64,000 bases of DNA, from assembly GCA_963794325.1 (NCBI GenBank), contig CAWCDG010000005.1, positions 1-64,000 of the forward strand. The letters are read 5' to 3'. Both the position numbers and the translations under genes were made by a program. Below the pieces are notes generated by a model. It did no database searches. It was not told where the DNA came from and was given only the letters and a program-made list of their open reading frames with translations. Within the stretch, counting starts at the first letter, position 1. Each line of letters begins with the position of its first letter. This stretch comes from an uncultured delta proteobacterium (lineage in GTDB: Bacteria; Desulfobacterota; Binatia; Binatales; Binataceae). Below are positions 18,295 through 27,595 of the stretch, one piece after another.

Positions 18295-19507
18295 ACAGCC
18301 GACTGACGCGATTAGTGCGGCAACCGTCCGTCAGCGGCGCGACGCTGAACCATCGCCAACCATTCTCGCCTACAAGCCGCTGCGCGGGAGCGCGTCATCG
18401 GACCATCTCGATCTGGTCCGCGGGATTGCCGCAATCGCCGTGCTGCTCGGTCATCTGCGCAACCTTTTTTTCGTGGATTTTTCGCAGTCCGCCGGTAACT
18501 CCAACCCGCTGGTCAAGTTCGTTTATTTTGTCACCGGCTTCAGCCACTACGCGGTAATGATCTTCTTCGTGCTCAGCGGATTTCTGGTCGGTGGAACCGT
18601 ACTTCGCGGGCGAATCGATGGGACCTGGAGTTGGAAACTCTATTCCACGAATCGGCTTACCCGTTTGTGGATTGTGCTGATTCCAGCTTTGCTGCTCGGC
18701 GCCATTTGGGACCATTTCGGCATTCGCATCTTCGGGACCTCCGGAATCTATGGCGGAGTGGCTCGCGCCAACATCGGGATTGCCGCGGTGCCGCCCCGGC
18801 TCTCAGCTAGCGTAATGCTTGGCAACGCGCTTTTCTTGCAAAATATCCTGACTCCGACCTTTGGATCGAACGGACCATTGTGGAGCTTGAGCTATGAATT
18901 CTGGTACTACGTGCTCTTCCCACTGATGGTGTTGGCCTTTCCCGTGCGTGGTAAAACCACGCGGTCCATTTTTATTTACGCAATCGCTGCGCTCGCGGTC
19001 GTATTTTTCATCGGTCAGGAGATAGCCCTCTACTTCTTGATTTGGCTTCTCGGCGCCGCGATAAATCTGGCGCCTGAAGGGTCAGGTGCGCGCGGCAGTA
19101 TCTGGATAGTAGTGACAACCGGGGCGGTGGTGTTGCTCGTCGCCGTACTTCGATTCAAACCGGGCACGACCGAATATTCCGATTTCTTCGTTGGAATCGC
19201 ATCGACCGTTCTAATCTTCGCGTTGGTGCGCAGCCGTGCCCGGAGCACAGCGGGACTCTATTCCCGAGTTGCGCGGCGGCTGGCCGGCTTTTCCTATACC
19301 TTATATGTCGTGCATCTGCCGGCGCTGGTATTTATTAGCGCCTGGCTGGTTCCGCAACGACGATGGCAGCCCGACTTGCTCCATGTTGCGATTGTCATCG
19401 CGCTGGGAATCTGTGCACTCGCATATGCATTCGCAATCGCGCAACTTACTGAGTATCGAACCGATGCGGTCAGATCTCGCGTGACTGCCGCCATTCGCAT
19501 GGGTTAA
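18287..19507 (+). CDS. Acyltransferase-3 (OafA-like) membrane protein
   Basis: LDLVRGIAA...H, FFVLSGF, LWSLSYEFWYY, SYTLYVVH. Confidence 0.92.
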   Translation: MTEQPTDAISAATVRQRRDAEPSPTILAYKPLRGSASSDHLDLVRGIAAIAVLLGHLRNLFFVDFSQSAGNSNPLVKFVYFVTGFSHYAVMIFFVLSGFLVGGTVLRGRIDGTWSWKLYSTNRLTRLWIVLIPALLLGAIWDHFGIRIFGTSGIYGGVARANIGIAAVPPRLSASVMLGNALFLQNILTPTFGSNGPLWSLSYEFWYYVLFPLMVLAFPVRGKTTRSIFIYAIAALAVVFFIGQEIALYFLIWLLGAAINLAPEGSGARGSIWIVVTTGAVVLLVAVLRFKPGTTEYSDFFVGIASTVLIFALVRSRARSTAGLYSRVARRLAGFSYTLYVVHLPALVFISAWLVPQRRWQPDLLHVAIVIALGICALAYAFAIAQLTEYRTDAVRSRVTAAIRMG

Positions 19508-19527
19508 ACATCCAACCGGAGGATCGA

Positions 19528-20136
19528 ATGAAAATTTACGACTACAAACTCGCACCCAATCCGCGCCGCGTGCGCGTGTTCCTCGCGGAAAAAGGAATCA
19601 GCGTCCCTTTCGAGGAGGTCGACATCTTCAAGGGCGTCAACCGACAGCCCGAGTTCCTGAAAAAGAATTCGCTCGGCGGGATTCCGGTGCTCGAGCTCGA
19701 CGACGGCCGGCATCTGGCCGAGAGCGTCGCGATCTGCCGCTACTTCGAACTGCTTCACCCGGAGCCTGCCCTGTTCGGCAAGGGCGCGTTCGAGCAGGCC
19801 AACGTCGAGATGTGGAATCGGCGGATCGAACTGGCGGTGCTCGTACCGGTCGGGATGGTCTGGGGACATTCGCACGAGCTGACCCGCGCGCGAATCAAAC
19901 AAATCCCGGAAATGGGAGAGCAGTCGCGCAAGGTGGTCGAGCAGCGTTACGAATGGCTGGACCGCGAGCTCGAAGGAAAACAGTTTATCGCCGGCGACAA
20001 GTACTCAATCGCCGACATCACCGCGATGGTCGTGCTCGACTTCGCGAAGTTCAACGATATTTCGATTCAGCCGGAGCAGAAGAATCTCGCGCGATGGCAT
20101 GAGGCGGTATCGTCGCGCCCGAGCGCGACCGCGTAG
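19528..20136 (+). CDS. Glutathione S-transferase
   Basis: APNPRRVRVFLAEKG, IPVLELDDG, ESVAICRY, SIADIT. Confidence 0.94.
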   Translation: MKIYDYKLAPNPRRVRVFLAEKGISVPFEEVDIFKGVNRQPEFLKKNSLGGIPVLELDDGRHLAESVAICRYFELLHPEPALFGKGAFEQANVEMWNRRIELAVLVPVGMVWGHSHELTRARIKQIPEMGEQSRKVVEQRYEWLDRELEGKQFIAGDKYSIADITAMVVLDFAKFNDISIQPEQKNLARWHEAVSSRPSATA

Positions 20137-20146
20137 CCGCCGAATA

Positions 20147-20647
20147 CTAATCGGCGCGTCCGTGAATTCCGCAGGCCGGCGCGATACCCATCCGCTCGTA
20201 ATAGCGCTGGTGATATTCCTCGGCGCGGTAGAACTCAGCGGCCGGAGCGATCTGCGTAACGACCGGGCGTCGGAGTTTGCCGGATTCGTCGAGCCGCCGT
20301 TTCGATTCCTCGGCCGCCTTCCGCTCATGCTCGTCGGAATAAAAAATGACCGATCGGTATTGAGTGCCGACGTCGGGCCCCTGGCGGTTGAGCGTGGTCG
20401 GATCGTGAATCTGCCAGAAGACTTCGATCAACTGTTCGAACGACACGCGCGCGGGATCGTACTTGACCTGCACGACTTCGGCATGTCCGGTCTTGCCAGC
20501 GCAGACCGTCCGATAGTTCGGCTGCGGGACGGTGCCGCCCGCATATCCGACCGCCACGTCGACGACGCCTTCGACCGCGCGAAAAGCCGACTCGACACCC
20601 CAGAAGCATCCTGCGCCAAATACCGCAAATTTGTGTGTGCTGGTCAT
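20147..20647 (-). CDS. msrA: Peptide-methionine (S)-S-oxide reductase
   Basis: GAGCFWGVE, TGHAEVV, HDPT, QYRS, AEEYHQRY. Confidence 0.97.
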   Translation of the reverse strand: MTSTHKFAVFGAGCFWGVESAFRAVEGVVDVAVGYAGGTVPQPNYRTVCAGKTGHAEVVQVKYDPARVSFEQLIEVFWQIHDPTTLNRQGPDVGTQYRSVIFYSDEHERKAAEESKRRLDESGKLRRPVVTQIAPAAEFYRAEEYHQRYYERMGIAPACGIHGRAD

Positions 20648-20732
20648 GTGCTTAATTAACGATGACTGGGGGCGCGAATCAACGCCGCCGCCACTGTGGC
20701 GTTCTACCAACCTGTGCCATTATTCTAGCATA

Positions 20733-21560
20733 ATGACAAGTATCATGGCGGACCAAAGACTGTGGAGATTTCTCCTGCTTGCAACTCTGGTTTGCAGTTG
20801 GCCTCCAGCCAACGCGCGTGCCGATGAAATCAAGATCGCCGCGGCGGCCGATCTGACCTTCGCGTTCCAGGACGTCGCTGCCCGATTCGAAAAGCAAACC
20901 GGGAACAGGGTCCAGCTCACGTACGGTTCGTCGGGGAATTTTTTCTCGCAGATTCAAAATGGAGCGCCGTTCGACTTGTTGTTTTCCGCGGACCTCATGT
21001 TCCCGCAAAAGCTCGAAGCAGCCGGCCTGGTTGAACCGGGCACCATTTATGAGTACGCCAAGGGTCAAATCGTGATTTGGGTTCCGGAGGCATCGAAGCT
21101 AGATCTGAGCAAGGGTCTCGCCGTGTTGCTGGATCCGGGTATTCGAAAGATAGCGATCGCCAATCCGCAACATGCGCCGTACGGAAGCGCTGCCGTCTCC
21201 GCGATGCAGCATGAAGGGATCTACGATCAGCTCAAGAGCAAATTCGTGATGGGCGAGAATATTTCGCAGACCGCGCAGTTCGTACAATCCGGCAACGCCG
21301 ACGCCGGTATCGTCGCGCTATCGCTCGCGCTTGCGCCGGCGATGAAGGACAGCGGACGCTACGTCGTAATCCCGGCGAGCGACTATCCGCCATTGATCCA
21401 GGCTGCCGTGATTCTCAAATCGTCGCACAACCAGGAATTGGCGCAGCAGTTTTTGAAATTTCTCAAACAGCCCGAAACCATAGCGCTGATGGAGCGATAC
21501 GGTTTCGCGGTTCCCAAGGATGTCGCCGCGACGCACGACAGCGAAACGCTGGCGCACTGA
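20733..21560 (+). CDS. modA: Molybdate ABC transporter substrate-binding protein
   Basis: AAAADL, GSSG, IANPQHAPYG; first gene of modABC. Confidence 0.95.
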   Translation: MTSIMADQRLWRFLLLATLVCSWPPANARADEIKIAAAADLTFAFQDVAARFEKQTGNRVQLTYGSSGNFFSQIQNGAPFDLLFSADLMFPQKLEAAGLVEPGTIYEYAKGQIVIWVPEASKLDLSKGLAVLLDPGIRKIAIANPQHAPYGSAAVSAMQHEGIYDQLKSKFVMGENISQTAQFVQSGNADAGIVALSLALAPAMKDSGRYVVIPASDYPPLIQAAVILKSSHNQELAQQFLKFLKQPETIALMERYGFAVPKDVAATHDSETLAH

Positions 21561-21566
21561 CCACCG

Positions 21567-22244
21567 ATGGATTGGATCGCGATTTTCCTGACACTACGGC
21601 TCGCGCTGGTCGTCTGCGCGATCCTGCTGATAGTCGGGACACCGATCGCGTACTGGCTCAGCTTCACGCGCTGGCGATGGAAATTTTTCGTCGAATCGGT
21701 CGTGGCGCTGCCGCTGGTCCTGCCCCCAACCGTGCTCGGCTTCTACGTGCTGGTCGCGATGGGCTCGCGCAGCCCGCTCGGCCGCTGGTATCAATCTCTC
21801 ACCGGCCACGGGTTGCCGTTTACCTTCGGAGGGCTGGCGATCGCGTCAGTCATCTACAGCCTGCCGTTCGCCGTGCAGCCGATGGCGGCGGCGTTTTCGC
21901 AGGTGGATCGCAATCTTATCAACGCGTCGTCGATCCTCGGCGCCTCGCGAATCCGCACCTTCATGCGCGTCGTGCTGCCGCTTTCGATTACCGGCGTAGT
22001 CACCGGATTCGTACTGAGTTTCGCGCATACGCTCGGCGAATTCGGCGTGGTCCTGATGGTCGGCGGCAACATCCCGGGCGTCACGCGAACCGTGTCGATC
22101 GCGATTTACGATCAGGCTCAGGCGCTCGACTATGCCGGAGCGAATCGGATGGCGCTCTTGCTGATGGCGTTTTCGTTCGTCACGTTGTCGATCACGTATT
22201 CGCTGAACCGCCGGGTCTTCGCGGTCTGGCCGATGAGCCGCTAA
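21567..22244 (+). CDS. modB: Molybdate ABC transporter permease
   Basis: LPLVLPPTVLGFY, FAHTLGEFGVVLMVGGNIPG. Confidence 0.96.
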   Translation: MDWIAIFLTLRLALVVCAILLIVGTPIAYWLSFTRWRWKFFVESVVALPLVLPPTVLGFYVLVAMGSRSPLGRWYQSLTGHGLPFTFGGLAIASVIYSLPFAVQPMAAAFSQVDRNLINASSILGASRIRTFMRVVLPLSITGVVTGFVLSFAHTLGEFGVVLMVGGNIPGVTRTVSIAIYDQAQALDYAGANRMALLLMAFSFVTLSITYSLNRRVFAVWPMSR

Positions 22245-22257
22245 CCTCGCGCCAACC

Positions 22258-23361
22258 ATGGCATCCGGGAAACGTCTATCGGTGCGCATCGCGCATCGGG
22301 TTTCGAACAGCTTCGCGCTCGACGCCGGGTTCGAGGCGTCGTCCGGCTTTACGATGATCCTGGGGCCGTCGGGCGGCGGCAAAACGACACTGCTGAATTG
22401 TGTCGCTGGATTCGCACGCCCCGATTCCGGACGCATCGCGCTCGACGCGCACGCATTGTTCGATTCGGATCAACGCATCGACCTGCCGGTCGCGGAGCGT
22501 CGATTGGGGTACGTGTTTCAGAATCTCGCCCTGTTTCCCCATCTGACGGTCGCGCAGAACGTTCAATACGGGATTGCGAAACTGCCGGCCCAGGAGCGGC
22601 GCGCCAGGATGATGACGATGCTCGAATCATTTCGAATCTCGCATCTCATCGCGCGCAAGCCCACTGAAATTTCCGGCGGCGAGCGGCAACGCGTAGCGCT
22701 CGCGCGTTCGCTGGTGACGAATCCGTCCGCGTTACTGCTGGACGAGCCGCTGACCGCGCTCGACACCCCGACCAAATCGAAACTCATCGACGACTTGCGC
22801 GCGTGGAACTCCTCCCACGAAATCCCAATCCTGTATGTAACCCATTCGCCCGAAGAAGCCTTCGCGTTAGGAGAGCGGGTAGTCGTCCTTGAACACGGCC
22901 GCATCCTCGCTCAAGGCAAGCCACAACAGGTACTTACAACCCCGCGTCACGAAACGATCGCGCAGATAGTAGGTTTCGAAAACGTCTTCGACGCGACCGT
23001 CAAATCAATCGCAGAAACCCAGGGCACAATGCTTTGCCAGTTGGACGGCAGCACAACGCAACTGGAAGTCCCCCTAGGCCGCGCCGAAATAAGCGCTCGA
23101 GTAAGAATAGCGCTCCGCGCCGGTGACATAATCATAGCGAGCGATCAACCCCATAACCTGAGTGCCCGCAACTCATTCCAGGGACGAGTCCTATCAATCC
23201 GCCGCGACGGTGTAAGAGTAATAGTAATGATAGAAGCCGGCGCAATATTCGAAGTCCATCTGACTCCGGCCGCAATCGACCAGTTGCGATTGGAGGATGG
23301 AAAAGAGGTCTGGCTGGTAATCAAGACCTATTCATGCAATCTGGTCGAGCCTGGACCTTGA
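22258..23361 (+). CDS. modC: Molybdate ABC transporter ATPase with TOBE domain
   Basis: GPSGGGKT, SGGERQRVALAR, LSARN. Confidence 0.95.
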   Translation: MASGKRLSVRIAHRVSNSFALDAGFEASSGFTMILGPSGGGKTTLLNCVAGFARPDSGRIALDAHALFDSDQRIDLPVAERRLGYVFQNLALFPHLTVAQNVQYGIAKLPAQERRARMMTMLESFRISHLIARKPTEISGGERQRVALARSLVTNPSALLLDEPLTALDTPTKSKLIDDLRAWNSSHEIPILYVTHSPEEAFALGERVVVLEHGRILAQGKPQQVLTTPRHETIAQIVGFENVFDATVKSIAETQGTMLCQLDGSTTQLEVPLGRAEISARVRIALRAGDIIIASDQPHNLSARNSFQGRVLSIRRDGVRVIVMIEAGAIFEVHLTPAAIDQLRLEDGKEVWLVIKTYSCNLVEPGP

Positions 23362-23370
23362 TTGAAGTGC

Positions 23371-24336
23371 TTACATGCAGTTGACCAACTCGACATCAGT
23401 CCCGGTTCCCTTCAGTCTGACACTACCCGATATCGGATTTGCCGTGTAGCACAAATCGTCGATCTTGGTGGTATCGCGACATTGGCAGAAGCTCGTTTGT
23501 CTGACGCACGAGTTGCGGAAAATGCCGGCGCCGCCGGATAACGGTACTTTACCTTTACACCCGTTGTAGACAGGACCCGGATTTATGTCGCCTACACTCA
23601 ATGGCGAAATTCTATAGAGCGGTTTGAAGGCTACCAGGTCTGCGACCCATTCTGACGGAGTACCGGATATGGTTGCTATCTTGTTCCCGGTTGGGGCTAC
23701 TGGATAGGACCATGCTTGCGTTGCCAGGTTCGGAAAGTGTGACGGGCCGCTATAGGCGTAGTCGTTCTTGACGGCTATCCCCATGCTCGAAGGCGGTGTC
23801 CAGGTTCCTGATCCAGCGTTCGCATAGAACGCCATCAGGTAGTCGCCCACCTCACTTGTCGTGACTCCCCTTGCAGTCAGCACGGTTCCTTTCCCGCTGT
23901 TGCTGGAAGACATATCTATCGACGACACATTCGAGATCACATAGGTCCTGATGTCATAGCGGAGTGGTTTGAACCATCGGAATCTGTAAAATGGGCGTTC
24001 GCCCGCCTGAAAGGTGCGATAAAACAGCACCTGGCATAGCCCATCTGCGTCGGCCTCTGAATTCGCGATCAAGGTCCATTGGTAGTCCGGCATGACCCAG
24101 GAACAATCAGACGAGCTTCCCAGAATAAGCTGGACCACGCCACCCAGGTTTTGCAGGTTCGGTGGATTCATTCCCAGCGCGCCAAATCCTACCGTGACCG
24201 CACTCTCCTTGCCTGACCAGGTCGCGACCAGGGAATCTTTGCCGGTAAAGGATGAGCCGCCGATAAATTGCGCGTGCGCTAATGTAGAACGCGCCAGCAT
24301 CACTAGAACGATTCCCGCCACGATTCGACGTTTCAC
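23371..24336 (-). CDS. Exported hypothetical protein (beta-rich, Cys-rich C-terminus)
   Basis: Signal peptide ending AHA; lower GC than flanks; start abuts the stop of the upstream gene. Confidence 0.7.
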   Translation of the reverse strand: MKRRIVAGIVLVMLARSTLAHAQFIGGSSFTGKDSLVATWSGKESAVTVGFGALGMNPPNLQNLGGVVQLILGSSSDCSWVMPDYQWTLIANSEADADGLCQVLFYRTFQAGERPFYRFRWFKPLRYDIRTYVISNVSSIDMSSSNSGKGTVLTARGVTTSEVGDYLMAFYANAGSGTWTPPSSMGIAVKNDYAYSGPSHFPNLATQAWSYPVAPTGNKIATISGTPSEWVADLVAFKPLYRISPLSVGDINPGPVYNGCKGKVPLSGGAGIFRNSCVRQTSFCQCRDTTKIDDLCYTANPISGSVRLKGTGTDVELVNCM

Positions 24337-25283
24337 TAGTTGATAGGAATCTCCTCGTTATAGACGCTGTTCCATGTGGCATAGGCTGCGGTGGAGTTAC
24401 CCGGGTTTATGTAGCACACATGGCCGGTAAACACGCGTGGCGCAGGATTACCCCCAGCGATCATCTGCACCTGAAATTCAGTACAACCCCCGGGTGGAAC
24501 CTGGACCGGAGCGGTCTGCGCGATAGCCGACGGCCAATCTCCTACAGTGTCACATCGAAAGGTTGCAAGTGTGGTAATTGCATCGTAGTTGCAGAACTGG
24601 ATGGCGCCCGCCTGAATCTGGTAATAGCTGAGAACTCCGTTTCCTTCTGGCCCGAAGAACCCACCATTATCGCCGAAGACTCCGGTTTCGGTATTGGCCG
24701 GAAGAAACAAGGCTTGTGCTGCACTCGCCCTGCCCGGATGATCGCCTATGCCGGTGCCAGAACCCTGAATTGTAGGTGCTATCTGCTGAATACCCGATCG
24801 CGACAAATATGTCCACTTCGCAATAGCATCGTCATACTGAAATAGAATGTTTTCGGCCGCATCGGGAAAGGAAAGTGGAACCAGGGTATTTGCAGGATCA
24901 GTGCTGGAGTTCTGGAACAGGAACATCTTATCCCAGGTCGGTACGCGCCCTCCTATCGAGTCCTGAGTTATCCTGAGTGTGAATAATTGTCCGGCGGAGC
25001 CTCCCGGCCCCATCGTTATCTTCTGAGTGTCTGAAAAGAGGATGATCGTTCCGATGCTGAATCCTTTGGGATTACATTTCCAGGTGTTAGATGCCAATGT
25101 GCAAGCGGCGGGACGCGGAGCCGAACCCGTCATGGTAGGCGAAGTGCCGCTTATTGGACTGATATGCCGAGTCGCGCACCCTGCCAGCGACACGATAAGC
25201 AGTGCGAGTATCGGCGCGATGCGAGTGATGTTCACTAGCCGGTGGCCTCTCTCCTGTTCGCCCACAGGCTCGCCATTTATCAT
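24336..25283 (-). CDS. Hypothetical lipoprotein
   Basis: Lipobox LAGC; lower GC; immediately downstream of tRNA-Arg; true start may be nearer 25235. Confidence 0.7.
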   Translation of the reverse strand: MINGEPVGEQERGHRLVNITRIAPILALLIVSLAGCATRHISPISGTSPTMTGSAPRPAACTLASNTWKCNPKGFSIGTIILFSDTQKITMGPGGSAGQLFTLRITQDSIGGRVPTWDKMFLFQNSSTDPANTLVPLSFPDAAENILFQYDDAIAKWTYLSRSGIQQIAPTIQGSGTGIGDHPGRASAAQALFLPANTETGVFGDNGGFFGPEGNGVLSYYQIQAGAIQFCNYDAITTLATFRCDTVGDWPSAIAQTAPVQVPPGGCTEFQVQMIAGGNPAPRVFTGHVCYINPGNSTAAYATWNSVYNEEIPIN

Positions 25284-25344
25284 GAAGTCCGTTCCGGCTG
25301 AAAGAACGATTGATGCCTCAGAACGGCGCGCGGCCGGCGGCAGT

Positions 25345-25421
25345 TGGTGCCCCCTGCGGGATTCGAACCCACGGCCCCAGGATTAGGAATCCTGTGCTCT
25401 ATCCATCTGAGCTAAGGGGGC
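25345..25421 (-). tRNA. tRNA-Arg(CCT)
   Basis: GCCCCCTTAGCTCAGATGGATAGAGCACAGGATTCCTAATCCTGGGGCCGTGGGTTCGAATCCCGCAGGGGGCACCA; full cloverleaf with CCA. Confidence 0.97.
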
Positions 25422-25516
25422 GACCCAGAAATTCGTTGCAATATTAGACCGTCGCAAACAGAGTGGGGTAGAGGCCGGGCTCGGGATGGAACCGCTTGAT
25501 TGAGGCCATAGCACCC

Positions 25517-25708
25517 TCACCTCTTCCCAATCCGCGACTTTTCTTCGGCGGCGATTTTCTGAAGCAGTCTCGAGGCCGGTTCGGAGATTGCCATTTCGCC
25601 GCGCTCCCAGCGAGCCACGGTGTTCGAGGATACTCCCACTGCCTCAGCCACGGCCATCTGAGTCCAGCCCAGTTTTCCCCTGAGCGCACGAATTTCCACC
25701 GCAGTCAT
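25517..25708 (-). CDS. XRE/Cro-family HTH regulator
   Basis: IRALRGKLGWTQMAVAEAVGVSSNTVARWERG. Confidence 0.9.
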   Translation of the reverse strand: MTAVEIRALRGKLGWTQMAVAEAVGVSSNTVARWERGEMAISEPASRLLQKIAAEEKSRIGKR

Positions 25709-25709
25709 A

Positions 25710-25746
25710 CTATACGCAGCGTATAGCACGACCGAACGGAAGTCAA
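25710..25746 (-). promoter_or_regulatory. Sigma-70-like promoter with overlapping palindromic operator
   Basis: TTGACT-17 nt-TACGCT on the minus strand; CTATACGC-a-GCGTATAG palindrome at 25710-25726 next to the ATG. Confidence 0.65.
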
Positions 25747-25970
25747 GCGGCTTGATCGGCGCGTTCTGTTAGGTGGCACCCGATCCAGTGCTTCTACGGA
25801 CGGGACGAGACCGATACTGCCTGTCCTCAGCTCGCGCAGGTCGGCGCCGAAACGTGCGGGTGTATCGTTGAACTAAAGATCAGACGATGGATTCGACTGA
25901 CCAGATGCCCTTCATCCGTTCTTGCAGAGGCTAGCGGCAAGCGGTAACTCCCGATCAGAAAGGTATCAGC

Positions 25971-27569
25971 GTGGCAAATCCGATTGCGCGAGTGCTGTCG
26001 CGCGGCCCGTCCGCGGACAGCGAGCCCACGTCTGCCGGCAAGTGGCTGGTGGCCGCCTCCGTTATGATCGGCACCTTCCTCTCGGTCATGGACGCGACGG
26101 TCGTCAACGTCGCGATGCCGCACATGATGGGCACTTTCGGCCAGGACCTGCTGACTATCACCTGGGTTTCGACAGCCTACAGCATCGCCGAAATCATCAT
26201 GATCACGATGTCGGCCTGGTTAACCACGGTGCTTGGCCGCAAGCGCCTGTTCCTTGCGTCGATGATTTTGTTCACGGTCGGCTCGGTATTGGCGGGCACC
26301 TCGAAGACCCTGACGCAGATGATTTTTTATCGCGTACTGCAGGGCATCGGCGGCGGCAGCCTGATGCCGTGCTCGCAGGCAATCGCGCGCGAAACCTTTC
26401 CGCCCGCCGAGCAAGGCATGGCGATGGCGATTTACAGCATGGGCGTCGTGCTCGCGCCGGCGATCGGACCGGTCATCGGAGGATGGCTGGTCGACAACTA
26501 CGGCTGGCAGTGGGTCTTCTACATCAACGTGCCGTTCTGCATCGTGGGTCTGATGATGGTCAGCACGTTCGTGCACGACCCTTCGTACCTGAAGCGCGGC
26601 GTCGCACGCATCGACTGGACCGGAATCGGCCTGCTGACCGTGGGGCTCACTATGATGCAGGTGGTCCTCGAGCGCGGCGAAGAGGTCGACTGGTTCTCTA
26701 ACCATTGGATCGTAATGGGCGCGGTTGTCGCCTTGGCCGCGCTGGTGGCGCTGGTCGTGTGGGAACTCTACACCGACGAACCGGTAATAAACCTCCGCTT
26801 GTTTCGCAACGTACCGCTCAGCGTGGGTTCGAGCCTCGGGATGGTAGTTGGGTTCGCCCTTTTTGGATCGAGCTTCCTGCTGCCGCAATTTACCGAGACC
26901 TTGCTCAACTACCCGGCGTACCAGGCGGGAATGGTGTTGATGCCCCGAGCGGTAGCGATGCTGCTGACGATGCCTGTGGTTGGACGACTCTACAATCACG
27001 TAAGTCCAAGAATCCTGATCGCGATAGGCATAGTTGCTTTAGTCGTTGGTTACCGGCAACTCAGTCACTTCACGCTCACAGTCAGCTTCATGAACTTCAT
27101 GCCGATCCTGCTGATCACTGGAATAGGTATGGGCGCCTCGATGGTTACGATGAGCACGGTCTCGCTGAGCACCGTGGCACGCTCACAAATGACCGGAGCG
27201 TCGAGCCTCTTCACTCTGTCACGGCGCGTTTCCGGTAATATCGCATATGCGATGCTTGCGACGATGCTCGCACGCCGCTCGCAAGTTCATCGCTCGGAGT
27301 TGATCGGCGCTTTCAATGGCACCAATCCCACATTCCGCTCGACCGACGCCCAGTTTCGAAGTCTTCTCAGCGGTTATGGAATCGCGTCGACGCCTACCCG
27401 GCGACCCGACCTCGCGATGCTGAGCCAGATTGTCAACAATCAGTCCACGATGATGGCCTACAACGATTGTTTCTGGCTTATGGCGGTGATGCTGGTTGCC
27501 GTGCTGCCCTTCCTGTTCCTGTTGCCTAAGACCGGTGTGCCAAAGGAAGCCGAAGCGGTTGTCGAGTGA
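25971..27569 (+). CDS. DHA2-family MFS efflux permease (EmrB/QacA)
   Basis: MDATVVNVAMP, RVLQGIGGG, APAIGPVIGGW, WVFYINVP, MAYND. Confidence 0.94.
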   Translation: MANPIARVLSRGPSADSEPTSAGKWLVAASVMIGTFLSVMDATVVNVAMPHMMGTFGQDLLTITWVSTAYSIAEIIMITMSAWLTTVLGRKRLFLASMILFTVGSVLAGTSKTLTQMIFYRVLQGIGGGSLMPCSQAIARETFPPAEQGMAMAIYSMGVVLAPAIGPVIGGWLVDNYGWQWVFYINVPFCIVGLMMVSTFVHDPSYLKRGVARIDWTGIGLLTVGLTMMQVVLERGEEVDWFSNHWIVMGAVVALAALVALVVWELYTDEPVINLRLFRNVPLSVGSSLGMVVGFALFGSSFLLPQFTETLLNYPAYQAGMVLMPRAVAMLLTMPVVGRLYNHVSPRILIAIGIVALVVGYRQLSHFTLTVSFMNFMPILLITGIGMGASMVTMSTVSLSTVARSQMTGASSLFTLSRRVSGNIAYAMLATMLARRSQVHRSELIGAFNGTNPTFRSTDAQFRSLLSGYGIASTPTRRPDLAMLSQIVNNQSTMMAYNDCFWLMAVMLVAVLPFLFLLPKTGVPKEAEAVVE

Positions 27570-27595
27570 TCGACGTTGCGACTTCGGCGTAGCCA

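Noticed and set aside
23362-23370. att duplicate of the tRNA-Arg 3' end bounding the two-gene island
   Set aside because: No copy of the tRNA 3' sequence found near the modC junction
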